A stretch of 43,057 bases of DNA from contig NC_068993.1 in assembly GCF_001194135.2 (NCBI RefSeq), forward strand, positions 65,023,781-65,066,837. The letters run 5' to 3'. Made by a program: the position numbers and the translations under genes. The notes below the pieces were generated by a model. That model was not told the origin of the DNA. It ran no database searches and saw only the letters and a list, made by a program, of their open reading frames with translations. Positions 1-11,760 of this stretch are shown here, piece after piece; position 1 is the stretch's first letter; each line of letters begins with the position of its first letter. Source of the DNA: Octopus bimaculoides. Taxonomy: Eukaryota.

Positions 1-303
1 TCTGTTACCAAATTATCTTTCCTTCTCCACCTTCATACAATTTCACTCTCCTCATGCACTACGCTTACCTTTTCCCTTGCATTCTTTTTACCTAACCACC
101 TACACATCTTTCTTTCACTTTTTACCTCATCACTATATCGTTCTTAGTATTCTTTCTCTCTTCTCTGTTACCAAATTATCTTTCCTTCTCCACCTTCATA
201 CAATTTCACTCTCCTCATGCACTACGCTTACCTTTTCCCTTGCATTCTTTTTACCTAACCACCTACACTTCTTTCTTTCACTTTTTACCTCATCACTATA
301 TCG
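1..303. repeat. Pyrimidine-rich tandem duplication, period 163 bp
   Basis: Bases 1 to about 140 recur at 164-303. The two MHSFYLTTYT ORFs start 163 bp apart. Confidence 0.85.
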
Positions 304-954
304 TTATTAGAATTCTGCTGTTCTTCCCCACTTTTGTACATTGTCGTTCCCTGCTCTCCTCTTCTTTTCCCCCAACTTGTATGTACCATTCATCACCCCA
401 CCCATTGTCCATTATTTACTACATCCATATCTCAACCCCACTCAGTCACTGTAGTGGTTGGGGTAGGATTGAGGTATGGAGGAAAGGGGAAAGGTAAGCA
501 TACTGCATGGGGAAACTGAAATTGTATGGTGGTGGAGAAGGAGAGAATTTGGTAACACGAAAGGATGATCGCTGCAAAATGTGGATGGAGAGATGATAAA
601 TATCTTGCCTCCAGCATATTCCTCATCCCTCAACGCTTCATTCATAATACTCACCCATTCCTCACTCTCCTTCTACACTCTTGCAACCTCTACCTTTCCA
701 TGCTCTCTCTCTTCTATCTCCACTCACTTCTATTCGCCTTGTATCTTGAGGATTCGTTCTGATACCTCATCACTACTATTTCATCTCCCTTTCCAGCTCT
801 ACCTTTGTTAATCCCACCCACTATGCTATACTCTAAGTAGCTATGTAACCCCTCTAAAGCAATAGATTTGTGTTCTGATCCTTTCTATCATACTTTAACC
901 TCTCATCTAACATAGAGCTGCCTCCCAATTAGTCCACAGAAATCTTACTCTTGC

Positions 955-1157
955 AAGCTGATGACGACCTCACTAGTGCAGGTGACCTGCAAAAAGCACC
1001 CAGTACACTCTGTAATGTGGTTGGTGTTAGGAAAGGCATTTAACTGAAGAAGCTGTGCTAACACAGTTATTGGAGTACTGTTGCCATCCTCGGATCTGTC
1101 AGATTCTATTAAATCATTTAATCCATCCAGACAGATGTTAAAAAATGAATACGATGG
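955..1157 (+). mobile_element. Degenerate RTE-tail short repeat (octopus-type SINE or LINE 3' end)
   Basis: aaaaagcacccagtacactctgtaatgtggttggtgttaggaaaggcat...cagatgttaaa resembles the cleaner copies at 14290 and 28487. Confidence 0.7.
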
Positions 1158-1653
1158 TAGTGGCCTGTGTGATCTCAGAGAAATTTGAAAGTTATTTCTA
1201 GTGAATCAAGGCTTCTTTGTTTCTTCCATTTTTGGTAAAAAGATTACTGTTAGCAAGAGAGCAATAGTATAATTATGTTATTGAGGCCAACAAATTGTAG
1301 TGCTAGCTCACTTGTCATTTGATATTCAGTTTTATCTTGGCAACGTTCATTTTTGCACTTCATCTATCTGTGGAGTTCAAGAAATAATTAATAATACACT
1401 TGGTTTCAATTCAAATAATTATATTACCTTTATCAAAATTGTCTTCCTCTTTTAAGATGGCTGGGTGTAATTTGGAGATTTGGCTCCTGTTTCTAGCAGG
1501 TCAAGTAGTCACAACTTGTTAACTCAGAAAATAGCATTGTTTCAAATAGCTTTTGCTGGTAATTGTGTTTAGGTTGGGCATTTACAGAGGATATTGAGTT
1601 CTTTTTGCAACCTAAGTATTTTATTATTTTGTTTTGTTTACTTTTTCTTTTAG

Positions 1654-1782
1654 ATTTTTGATTGCCTGTGCTTGTGGTGATAAAGTAAATTCCAATGATA
1701 CAGATTTGGACTACGAAAGTTTAGGACTAGCCAAAAATCATGCTTACTCAGTGTTGGATGTTCAGGAGGTAGAAGGAAACAG
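1654..1782 (+). CDS. CAPN15-like: Calpain-15/SOL-like protease, first exon in window (CysPc domain, catalytic His); upstream exons lie outside the window
   Basis: Acceptor ttttcttttAG, donor AG|gtgagg, 129 bp, phase 2/2. Translates FLIACACGDKVNSNDTDLDYESLGLAKNHAYSVLDVQEVEGNR, which aligns to human CAPN15 [32 protein letters not shown]. His codon at 1739-1741. Confidence 0.93.
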
Positions 1783-1959
1783 GTGAGGAGTTTTGTTCTT
1801 TGTTAAATATTGATTTCTAACATATTCACAAGGTTTCCTGAGGTTGACAGGCTAAATTTGTAGCTGGGGCAAAGCTTCAGCCAGCCAAGGGTAACTAGGT
1901 GGGAGAGCAATGAGGTAGACAGGGCTATAAAAGAGAAGTGACAGGTTTTAGAAACAGTA

Positions 1960-2420
1960 GATGGACAAGAGGTTTATATAGCAAGAGCAGAAACTGAAAG
2001 GAAGTGGTTTACCAATGTCTTACAGCATGAGGTGTTCCAGATAGCAAGACAGTTTATAACACAGAGCGTGTATGGGGGTAGATAATGATGTACTTCCACT
2101 TTGTGATTCTGAAATGCTAGAGTCAAGGAAGTGCTACTTTTAAAGGCTATTAAATGGGGAAAATGTAACATTGACCCAACTGAGGGACTAGCTATCCTAC
2201 TTGACAGCAGTATGATAGATAAGGCAATTTGGGATATGAAGACAGGAAACCCTTGTTCCATCTGGAATTGTGCTGAGCTGCTTAAAATATTTGACAGAAT
2301 AGATTATAGCCTCATGCAACTGTCATCCTCCATTTACACCACATGTCCATATCAACACAGTCTTCTCTCTGCATCTTGAGTAAATGTCTTCTAATATAGC
2401 ATCAGGCAAACTAATGCATT
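1960..2420 (+). mobile_element. Decayed RTE LINE fragment (between endonuclease and RT)
   Basis: Broken frames EVFQIARQ and LCDSEMLESRKCYF resemble the RTE fragment at 13380 (FIDSETKEVWKCYFDRLNVE). Confidence 0.5.
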
Positions 2421-2877
2421 GGGTGTGAGTTTGGTTGATGGAAACTATGCTGAAGTCCACATTACAAGTATGCATTTGTATGTGTGCATGCACACACACC
2501 CACACACCTATCGATATTCCAAAGCATCACTTATTTTGAGCTCTTTGAAACATTGATCTGATCTTTACATTTCTTGATGACATTGTTTTGTGCTTTCAAA
2601 GACTTGTGGAATAAAAAAAAAATGCCCTTAACTGTAAAATGAGTTGGCAACAGGAAAAACATTTGGCCGTAAAATCCTGTCTAATATAATTTGACATGCC
2701 AGCATGGAAAAATGAACATTAAATGAATGAACAGATAAAGGTATTGGTCAAGCTTAGTAGAAGATATTTGCTGAAAAGTGTTACATAGTAGTATAAAACT
2801 TAGAAGCAAACCTCTTAACCATAAATCTATCTTTGGTGGTTTTTATTTATTTATTTCTAAATTTTTAATGAGTGTGC

Positions 2878-3050
2878 TCAGACCTTGCTGGTGCCACGTA
2901 AAAATCACCCAGTCCACTCTGTAAAGTGGTGGATGTTATGAAGGGCATCCAGCCATAAAAACCATGTCAAAACACACAGTGAAGAATGGTGCAATCCTCT
3001 GCCTTGCAAGCATGGAAGACAGACATTAAATGATAGTGATGATGATGATT
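2878..3050 (+). mobile_element. RTE-tail short repeat
   Basis: gccacgtaaaaatcacccagtccactctgtaaagtgg..gaagggcatccagcc..gcatggaagacagacattaaatga followed by a (TGA)n tail. Confidence 0.75.
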
Positions 3051-3349
3051 TTTTAAAGCTTTTTAGAGACTCACTGTATGTAATGACGAGGACAGAATTT
3101 GAACCACAAACCACATATATCTTGACTGATTGTATACTGATTTAAGTATTCTACACTCATGTTGACATCCTGTGCTAAGCATTTAATATAAGTTATAACC
3201 TTAAGACCTTTAGCTACAATCTTGGCTTTGGCTGCACTCAATCACAATGAACCAATCAATATTGAAACTATAATAATAAGACTTCAAAAGCATGAAAAAC
3301 ATTATCTGATAATTTAATCCATTAACTATTTATTGACTTTCTTTTCCAG

Positions 3350-3508
3350 ACTTCTCCAGATTCGTAACCCTTGGAAATGCTTCAGTTGGAAAGGCAAATG
3401 GTCCAATGATTCTCCACTTTGGGACACTATTAATCCAGCAACTAAACATAATCTACTTGCAAGGTGTGGTGATGGAAAGTTCTGGATGTGTTTCAAAGAT
3501 GTCCGAAG
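3350..3508 (+). CDS. CAPN15-like: Calpain-15/SOL-like exon 2 in window (catalytic Asn)
   Basis: cttttccAG|...AG|gttaat, 159 bp, phase 2/2. LLQIRNPWKCFSWKGKWSNDSPLW...GDGKFWMCFKDVRR contains the calpain RNPW and W.G.WSD motifs. Asn codon at 3366-3368. Confidence 0.95.
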
Positions 3509-3779
3509 GTTAATATCTTAATTTAATGTTCTTTGTTGTTGTTGTTGACAATGATAATGTGGCGGGTGAGTAGTGTGGTCAATGGTGGTGATAGGGTGGT
3601 GATGGCGTGGTTAATTTCACATAAATACTTTGTCATGTTACTGCAGGAAATTACTCTGAAAGAAATCTTTGCAGAAAGGTGAGTAGATTGATTACATTAT
3701 GTTATCACAGTTTTGTGAGATTTGGCTGTTTTTTCTAGCATGTGGATAGCCTGCTTGAAGGCCTGAGGGTATATATATT

Positions 3780-4146
3780 ACTCTTTACTTGTTTCAGTCA
3801 TTTGACTGTGGCCACGCTGGAACACCGCCTTGTAGTCGAACAAATCAACCCCAGGACTTATTCTTTGGATGCCTAGTACTTATTCTATCAGTCTTTTTTG
3901 CCGAACCGCTAAGTTACGGGGACGTAAACACACCAGCATTGGTTGTCAAGCAATGTTGGGGGAACAAACACAGACACACATACATATATATATATATACA
4001 TATATACGACGGGCTTCTTTCAGTTTCCGTCTACCAAATCCACTCACAAGGCTTTGGTCGGCCCGAGGTTATAGTATAAGACACTTGCCCAAGGTGCCAC
4101 GCAGTGGGAATGAACTAGGAACTATGTGGTTGGTAAGCAAGCTACT
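3780..4146 (-). mobile_element. tRNA-derived SINE (octopus family), 5' end lost in gap
   Basis: Reverse complement reads agtagcttgcttaccaaccacatagttcctagttcattcccactgcgtggcaccttgggcaagtgtc (B-box-like), an internal (TA)n, and a tail ending aatgactgaaacaagtaaagagta. Confidence 0.85.
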
Positions 4147-4426
4147 NNNNNNNNNNNNNNNNNNNNNNNNNNNNNNNNNNNNNNNNNNNNNNNNNNNNNN
4201 NNNNNNNNNNNNNNNNNNNNNNNNNNNNNNNNNNNNNNNNNNNNNNNNNNNNNNNNNNNNNNNNNNNNNNNNNNNNNNNNNNNNNNNNNNNNNNNNNNNN
4301 NNNNNNNNNNNNNNNNNNNNNNNNNNNNNNNNNNNNNNNNNNNNNNNNNNNNNNNNATATATTATTATTATTATTATTATTATTATTTATATAATAATAT
4401 ATATAATATATAATAATATATTATTA

Positions 4427-5342
4427 TTATTATTATTTTCTTGTTTACGTTTTTTTTGCAATCTCCTGTACCCAGATATGCACCTATATACACAGGTAGA
4501 CGTAGGTATGCACATACCTGTACGTATATATGCATATACTCATTTATTATTTGTTTTATATGAATGAACGCCTGCGTCGTCCCTGTTGTAAGTAGTTTTT
4601 TCAACTTTATATTTTCTGACGCGACTCTATCTCTTTCTCTATCACTTTTCCCCCCTCTCGTTCTTCCTCTGTTAGTACTACGTATCTCTCTTTACCCCTC
4701 TAGTTCTTCCTTCTGTTACTACTATATCTCTCTCTTTCCCCTCTCGTTCTTCCTTCTGTTACTACTATATTTCTCTCTTCCTCTCGTTGCTCACCTATTC
4801 TTCTACTTCCTCCCCTTGTTTCTCCCTCTACCACTCTCTCTCTTCCTTACCCCTCCCTGGTCACATGTTTCCGGTCACTAATCCTTTTCTTCCTTGGCTA
4901 TCGCCGAGCAAACACGCGAACTTACTTCGTCCCGGCTTTCAGTTCGTGTCTCACAGCGTTCATATACACATAATTTTTCACGTCTGGCCACATAGCCTTT
5001 TCCGTTTGTTTTCCTGTCTTGTTTCTTGTCCGCCACTACATTCCTCCATGGCACAGGTTTAATTTGNNNNNNNNNNNNNNNNNNNNNNNNNNNNNNNNNN
5101 NNNNNNNNNNNNNNNNNNNNNNNNNNNNNNNNNNNNNNNNNNNNNNNNNNNNNNNAGCTGATGAAGGAAAATGTTCTCTATGTGGCTTGTGTGTTTTCTG
5201 TACTCTGGTTATTATTATTTTCTTGTCTACGTTTTGTTTGCAATGTCCTGTACCCAGATATGCACCTATATACACAGGTAGATGTAGGTATGCACATACC
5301 TGTACATATATATGCATATACTCATTTATTATTTGTTTTATA
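4427..5342. repeat. Pair of ~135-bp imperfect direct repeats (4427-4560 and 5210-5342), unclassified
   Basis: ttattattttcttgt.tacgttt...cctgtacccagatatgcacctatatacacaggtaga.gtaggtatgcacatacc occurs twice with several substitutions. Confidence 0.8.
4655..4790. repeat. ~43-bp pyrimidine-rich minisatellite, about 3 copies
   Basis: The unit ctctcgttcttccttctgttactactatatctctctctttcc starts at 4655, 4698, 4741 and partially at 4781. Confidence 0.75.
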
Positions 5343-5799
5343 TATACATATATATATATATATATATTTCGCAAAAAAAAAAAAGAAAAAAAATTTCCAG
5401 GAGGGGAGTAATTGAAATTTCTAAAATGCGATTTTTTGAAAAAAAAATTTTCGGAATCGGATCCTCCATAACCAAAAACATGGGATTCCATAAAAAAAAA
5501 AATCAATATATATCCATTTTACTGGAAGTTATGACAGAAAAATTGGATCTTGTGAATTTTCTGAAAGTCCCCTCTTCTTCCCCCACTCCGGGTTGTCAGC
5601 TTGCATGTTTTTTTTTTCCTATTCATTTTCCACAGACTTGTTAACACACCCCAGGCTAGTTTGTTTATTTATTTATTTTTTGTTCCCAGGTGAAGGTCTT
5701 TATATTGACCGATGCTTCTTATGTCCCAAAATTATCAGAGGAACTTCTATATATTGTTTTGGCATGGTTTCTACAGCTAGACGTCTTTCCTAAACTCAA

Positions 5800-6300
5800 C
5801 TCCTTTACAGAGTGTACTAGATGCAGTAATAGTGAAGTTGTCTTGTAACTTGCAAGTTTAAAAAAGCCTACACAACTGAAAGGGAGATTAGGATGAAGGG
5901 TGATGACGTTAAATGAAGTACTAAGAAAAGTTAAATGATAATGGGAGGAAGAGATTTATTGTGTTAAAAGAGTATTTGTGAATGGGGAAATAAGAGATGT
6001 CAGTGTTGAGCCCTGAGGAATGGACATGAGAGGAAAAAGAAGCCAAAGAATAGTATCAGGAGTTACTGAGAAAGAGGACTATGGTAAAGATGATAGTGAG
6101 TTGAGTAGGTGAGGTCTAGTGATATGTCACATGGTTTTGTGTCCATTTTCTATGGCAGCATGAGATGATAGTGTTTTGATAGGTCCCTGTCAGTCTTTAT
6201 TGAATAGCCCTTGTAGACAAATGAGAGGACTTTATCTTGCTCAGATATCACATGGTCTCTATGACTTCCTAATACTCACCACTTTACTGACTGCATTTTC
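5800..6300 (-). mobile_element. Highly decayed CR1/L2-like RT fragment
   Basis: Minus strand reads SIPQGSTLTSLI, similar to the GVPQGSVLGPLLF RT motif. Little else is recognisable. Confidence 0.35.
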
Positions 6301-6976
6301 ATGACAACCCTGCAGACCTCATGCACTCAACAATAATACGAAAGAGTCTTCTCAGCTCTGTTGTCTTTGTTCAATGTGCCAGTTACACACGCACGCTCTC
6401 TCTCTCTCTGCTGCAGGAGTTGCTGTGTGGTAAGAAGTTTACTTTCCAACTTTTATTTCAGGTTCAGTTCCCCTATGGGGTTCTTAGAGCAAGTGTCTTT
6501 TAGTATAGTCCTAGGCCAACTTAAGCCTAGGACTATAGTATCTACCTAACCCTATTTAGTGGATAGAAACTTGAAGAAGCCCATCATATATGTGTGTGTA
6601 TGTGGGCATCAGTCTTGACAGCGCTTGACTGTATTAGACAAGTATCACCTTCATGCGAGTGGTATCCTTCATTTCCAATCTTCTTGGAAACAAGTGAGGA
6701 CTGGTGACATGAAGGGCATCTGGCCATAGAAAATATGCCCTAACAAATTCTGTACAACCCATGTTGGCATGGAGAAGTGGACAAACATTAAAACAATGTG
6801 TGTTTGTGTGTGTGTGCATTGTATGTGTGCTTAAGTTACTTCTAGACTGATGCAAATTAACAATCTTCATGGAATTGTCCTATTATTCTTTTTACTTTCT
6901 GTACCTTATTGAATTAATATAAAAGGATTTCATGTGATAGTAAAAAAAAAAAAGGTCATATGTTTATATTATGCAG

Positions 6977-7138
6977 AAACTTCAATAACATGGAAGTGTG
7001 CAAAGTCTGTCCAGATTGGCATGAAATGGGAATCCAAGGGAGATTTTTATCTCATGCAAACATGCCATTAAAAGTGCACATTTTGACTGTTCATAAAACT
7101 GCTGAATTTGATTTTTCCATCTACCAAAATGACAGAAG
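6977..7138 (+). CDS. CAPN15-like: Calpain-15/SOL-like exon 3 in window (end of CysPc domain)
   Basis: atgcAG|...AG|gtgagt, 162 bp, phase 2/2. NFNNMEVCKVCPDWHEMGIQGRF...AEFDFSIYQNDRR corresponds to CAPN15 [21 protein letters not shown]...LEFALFQEGSR. Confidence 0.9.
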
Positions 7139-7183
7139 GTGAGTTAATATGTTGTCCAGTTGATGTATTGATAATAATAATAA

Positions 7184-7412
7184 TAATCCCCTAAAGGTAC
7201 AAGGTTTGAAATGTAGCAGAAGAGGACAAGTCAAGTACATCAGCCACAGTGTTTCACTGGTACTTAATTTACTGACCCTGAAAGGATGAAAGGCAAAGTC
7301 AACTTTGGTGGAATTTGAACTCAGAACATAAAGGTGGATGAAATGCCACAAAGCATTTTGCCCAGCCCCCTAACGACTCTGCCAGCTTACCCACCTTGAT
7401 TAATAATAATAA
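7184..7412 (-). mobile_element. tRNA-derived SINE (second octopus family)
   Basis: Reverse complement reads gtaagctggcagagtcgttag...gttctgagttcaaattccaccaaagttgactttgcctttcatcctttcagggtcagtaaattaagtaccag, with A-box and B-box-like motifs. Confidence 0.8.
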
Positions 7413-7729
7413 TAATTTTAGAAGGTATAATGGTTGTGAGGTATTAAGGCATTGAATTGCTAAAAGCAAATGTAAATTTAATCTCACTGGAATGGGTGTA
7501 TTGTTACCTAAGGCTCGTCTGGTAGTTGTATTTACTTTACATGAACAACAATGACAACAGAGTACCACTCCTTCTTCACAGTTGATAATATTAGAAGAGC
7601 ATTCATTTGTAAAAACATCTATTTCAACAGAGATTATCTTACATAAACATGACACTGTAAGTATGACAGTGGAAAAAATAAACCAAAGGTTTTATTTCCT
7701 AGCACAGATCAAAAGTAACCTGTTTATAA

Positions 7730-8200
7730 CTTTTCCCAAATAGTTCAGGCAAGCATCCAAGATGCCAGTCCAGTGATTCACTGGCATTAAAGAATGGAAT
7801 GTTCCTAAGAAGACCTACTGATACCTGGAGAAATCTTGCCACCCCACCCCTGTTGGGATGTAGGTAGCTACTAGTCTGAAGGTATGGCCTAAGATGTTAG
7901 TCACTAATTTACTACCTTCTGGATTCAAGAAGATTGTCCATATTGCAAGATCTAGCCCTTTCCAAAACAACATAGCAACTTGACCTCCTGATCCAACTTA
8001 ATTTGGAGATGCATACACCTCAAAATCATCAAAGATGGACATGAGAGCTTAGGCCTTGGAAATAATTCTGGTTTTGTGAATGGCCACCACATCTATATCT
8101 CATGACCTGAAGTTGTTGATTATGCGGCCTATTCATAGAGAGGCCATGTTGCCTAAAAGTGAAGACTGTGAAAGGAACCACTTATCTCCTTCATATGAAA
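7730..8200 (-). mobile_element. L1/Tx1-like AP-endonuclease fragment
   Basis: Minus-strand frames DIDVVAIHKTR and GLDLAIWTIFLNPEGS, homologous to the + strand copy at 22945 (SLDHEIRAILVPEGKLVV). Confidence 0.6.
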
Positions 8201-8274
8201 AGACAGTTCTGTCCTTCTGGCTAGTTGTAAGAATTTCCAAGAGTAGTGATGATAATAATGATGATGGTAGTGTT

Positions 8275-11200
8275 GGTCCATCCATCCATCACCCAGTGTT
8301 TTAAATCCAGATTTTGTCCCCGTTGATGAGGGTGGCCAGATCTACCTCAATGCCATAGCAATCGCCTTCACACCATCTCACCATCTTGCCCAGTTTTGGG
8401 TGTCCTCCTTTTTCAAACCAACCCTCCCAATCTCCTCCTCCACCTTTTCCTCGGTCTACCTTGCTTTCATGCTCCATTTACCTTAAATGCAATCANNNNN
8501 NNNNNGGTCTACCTTGCTTTCATGCTCCATTTACCTTAAATGCAATCACCCTCCTCAGAACATGCCCTTCATCCCTCCTCAACACATGCCCATACCACCT
8601 CACTCCATTCGCCCATTCCAACCATTCCACCGCTTCCTCCAACCCCAGCATTCCCTGAAAATCCTCAATCCTCCTCTTATCAAACAGCTGCACCCTACAC
8701 ATTCCTCTCACCATTGCTCTCTCGGTCCTTCCCAAAAGTCTCTCTCCCTCAGACACCATATTTCACTTCCATACAGCATTGCAGCTCTCACGCAACTCTT
8801 ATAGACCCTTCTTTTCATATTTAAGGAGAACTTTTTCCCATATAACAATACTCCACATTCCCTGAACTTCACCCAGCCAATTCTTGCTCTTGCTGTCACA
8901 GCTGTTTCACACCCATCACTTACATCCACTCTATCTCCCAGATAACAAAACCCTCTCACCGTTTCCACCTCATCACATAGCGTTACCTTTGGTTCTGCCA
9001 GCCCTGCAGTTCCTTTCTCACATCTTCCACAAACAAACTCTCTCGCCAGTGTTGGGGTCGCCTTCTTCATTTTAGTACACCTACCATGAACCCATTTCTC
9101 ACATCTCGTACACAACACCACAATTTCCATTACCCTCCTCTCACATACACCACATGGGTCCACCATTCTCACTAACACTTTTCCTTCCACCTCACCCACC
9201 ATCACCTTTGTCTTCCTGATATTTATCGTCAAACCCTTCCTTTCAAATGCCTCCTTCCATTTCCAAAACGTCTCCCTCATTCCCTCCATTGTCTCACTCA
9301 TCAGAACAAGGCCATCCCCATACAGTATCTCCATTATTAATTCCTCTCTTGCACTCTCCATCACTACATCAACCACTATTGCAAGCGACAAAGGTGACAA
9401 CACAGATCCCTGATGCACACCAACTTTCACCGCAAACTCCCGTGACAGTTCTGATCCAGTTCCAACTCTTGTCTTTACCCCCTCATACAAACTCATCACT
9501 GCCCTCACTATTACTTCTAGTACACCTCTCTTCCTCATTGCCCACTCAATCACTTCCTTGGAACCTTATCAAATGCCTTCTCCAGATCAACAAAGCACAT
9601 GTACAACCCCTTCTCCTTATCTTGGTATTCCTCTTGCAATCTCCTTACAATAAACACTGCATCTATTGTCCCCCTTCCTGGCATAAAACCAAATTGCATC
9701 TCATCCACATCCACCCCATTCCGAATTCTCCTCTCCAACACCCTTTCCACTATCTTCATTGCATGCTCCAATAACTTCACTCCCTTATACGCCCCACAAC
9801 TCATTGCATCCCCCTTCCCTTTGAAGGTCGGTACCACCACACTACTGCCCAATCATCTGGCATTCCTCTTCCGTCCAGCACACCCTGGCAGAGCTCCATC
9901 ATCACAACAATCCCTATCTCTCCACTTGCAGTTATCATTTCCACACTTACCAGCTGCTTTTCCTGTTTTCGTTTCCTTCATTACTTCTTGACTAACCCTC
10001 TCCACTGGCCCCTTTACCACAGCAACTTCCACCCTCTAATCCCATTCATTCTCCTCATTCATAATTCCCTTCATGTGCTCCTTCCAAACTCTTCCCTTGT
10101 CCTTCTCACTAATATTCAACCTTCCATCACTCCTCCTCATGCATCTTCCTCCCTCAACATCTCTTCCATCTTTTTTTCATTGATTTAATAAACCTAAACA
10201 CTCTGTCTGGGTTCTCATCCAGCCTGCTCAACCTCTCCTCAGCTTCCTTCCTCATTGATCTTGCAACCATTGCATCCCTCGTCTCCTTGTTCCAGCACTA
10301 TGTATCTCTTCGATCTCTCCTACCTTTCGTCCTTCCACTCACTTCGTCACATGCCTTTCGTACCCTTTCCTTAAAAGACTTTCACAAATTCGGTGCATCA
10401 ATGCTTACCATCTCCGCAACTCTTTCCTCAAACCTTGCTCTTGTTTCTTCTTCCTTCAGTTTCCACACCTTTCTCCTCTCAACTGTTCCCATTCTCACAC
10501 AACTTTCTTCTTATCCTAGTCAGCAACCACCAACCTGTGCTACAACTCCCCCTGGTATTGTCTTCACATCTATCAGCTACTTACTATTTTTCCTACCAAC
10601 CAACACAAAATCAATCTCTGTCTCATTCCATCCGGCACTGAAAGCAACCTTCTTTTCTCTGTTTTCCTAAACCCCGTGTTCGCCACACACAACTCTTTCT
10701 CATCACAAAACTCCAACAGCATCCTTCCTTCTACATTTCTTTCCCCAATTCTGTTTCCTCCCCCCCCCCCCATGCACACCCTCAAAGCCCTGGATCCATT
10801 TCCCAACATGTCCATTAAAATCACCCATACCCAAAACCAATTCATCCAAATTATGTAAGTTCAACCCATTCGCCCCATTTCATCAAAGAACCACTCTTTC
10901 TCAGCGATCCCTCTTCCACTTTGCAGACCCTAACCCACAAATCACCCTCACCACTTCTTCCTCAAATGCTAACACTACTGTCATCACTCTGTCACTCTTT
11001 CTCCTGACCTCCACCATCTTCTCACAGATTTCTTCCTTCACCAAAACTCCCACACCTCCAGTCCCCTTACTATTTCCTGACTACCACAACTTGTACCTTC
11101 TTCCTTTGACTCCTACAAATCTTGCATCCTGGCCCCTCCACCTAGTCTCCTGCACACAGCATACATCCACCCTCCTCTTCCTCAATTCCTCACATACCTC

Positions 11201-11450
11201 AGTTCCCCTTCCATGCAGACTGCCCACATTCCAACTTCGCAACCTCACCCCAAGCTTCTCCACAGGCCTTCAGCCATCATTAAAGTCAAGTCATGCTTGC
11301 ACAACCCAAGATGAGGGTATTCACCTTCCTTTTTGAGGAATGGTGCCCATTCTCCTTTGCTATCATGAGGCTTTCTTGGAGCTAGATTTTCTACGGGGAG
11401 CATGCCCTTGCTTATCCCCAACCTCAGTTTTTAGACATGAGTGGTCCTGA
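8275..11450 (-). mobile_element. Nearly full-length RTE LINE (APE + RT + PHD finger + thumb), frameshifted and inactive, antisense in calpain intron
   Basis: LRSWNVGSL..VDVCCVQETRW (APE); EMQFGFMPGRGTIDAVF..FVDLEKAFDKVP; VHQGSVLSP; the YADD motif is degraded to YGDG; FCYLG; MLYGSEIW; 3' tail of (TGGA)n near 8275. The 5' boundary is approximate. Confidence 0.93.
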
Positions 11451-11577
11451 GACCAAGGCCACTATGACGATTTTTAAGAAATGTGGTGGTAAACTAGCTC
11501 AGGAACGCAGGGACACTACCCACTGAGACCCCTTTGTAGTGTTTAAATGCATCTCTCCTGTATCTGTGAACTCCTAG

Positions 11578-11760
11578 TTTTTTTTTTTTTTTTTTTTTTT
11601 TTTTTGCCATAATGTTTTATTTCTTTTGAGCACTTTCTTTTCTTACTTAGTTTCCTTGTCTCCATTGTCACACAACATGTCTGAGTGGTCTGAAAGTGCA
11701 GCAGAGGCAGGTCTTGGGTGGAAGTAGAGTTGTACTTTAGTCCTGTTCATTTTGTCATTG
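11578..11760 (-). mobile_element. Polyadenylated retro-insertion 3' end of unknown origin
   Basis: On the minus strand, AATAAA (11621-11616), a 10-nt spacer and an A28 run (11605-11578). Confidence 0.45.

Noticed and set aside
5158-5200. Third hammerhead candidate starting CTGATGA
   Set aside because: There is no GAAA after a plausible stem II, and the 5' side is lost in a gap.
8453-8549. 43-bp direct duplication inside the RTE
   Set aside because: Identical copies flank an 11-N gap, so this is an assembly overlap artefact.
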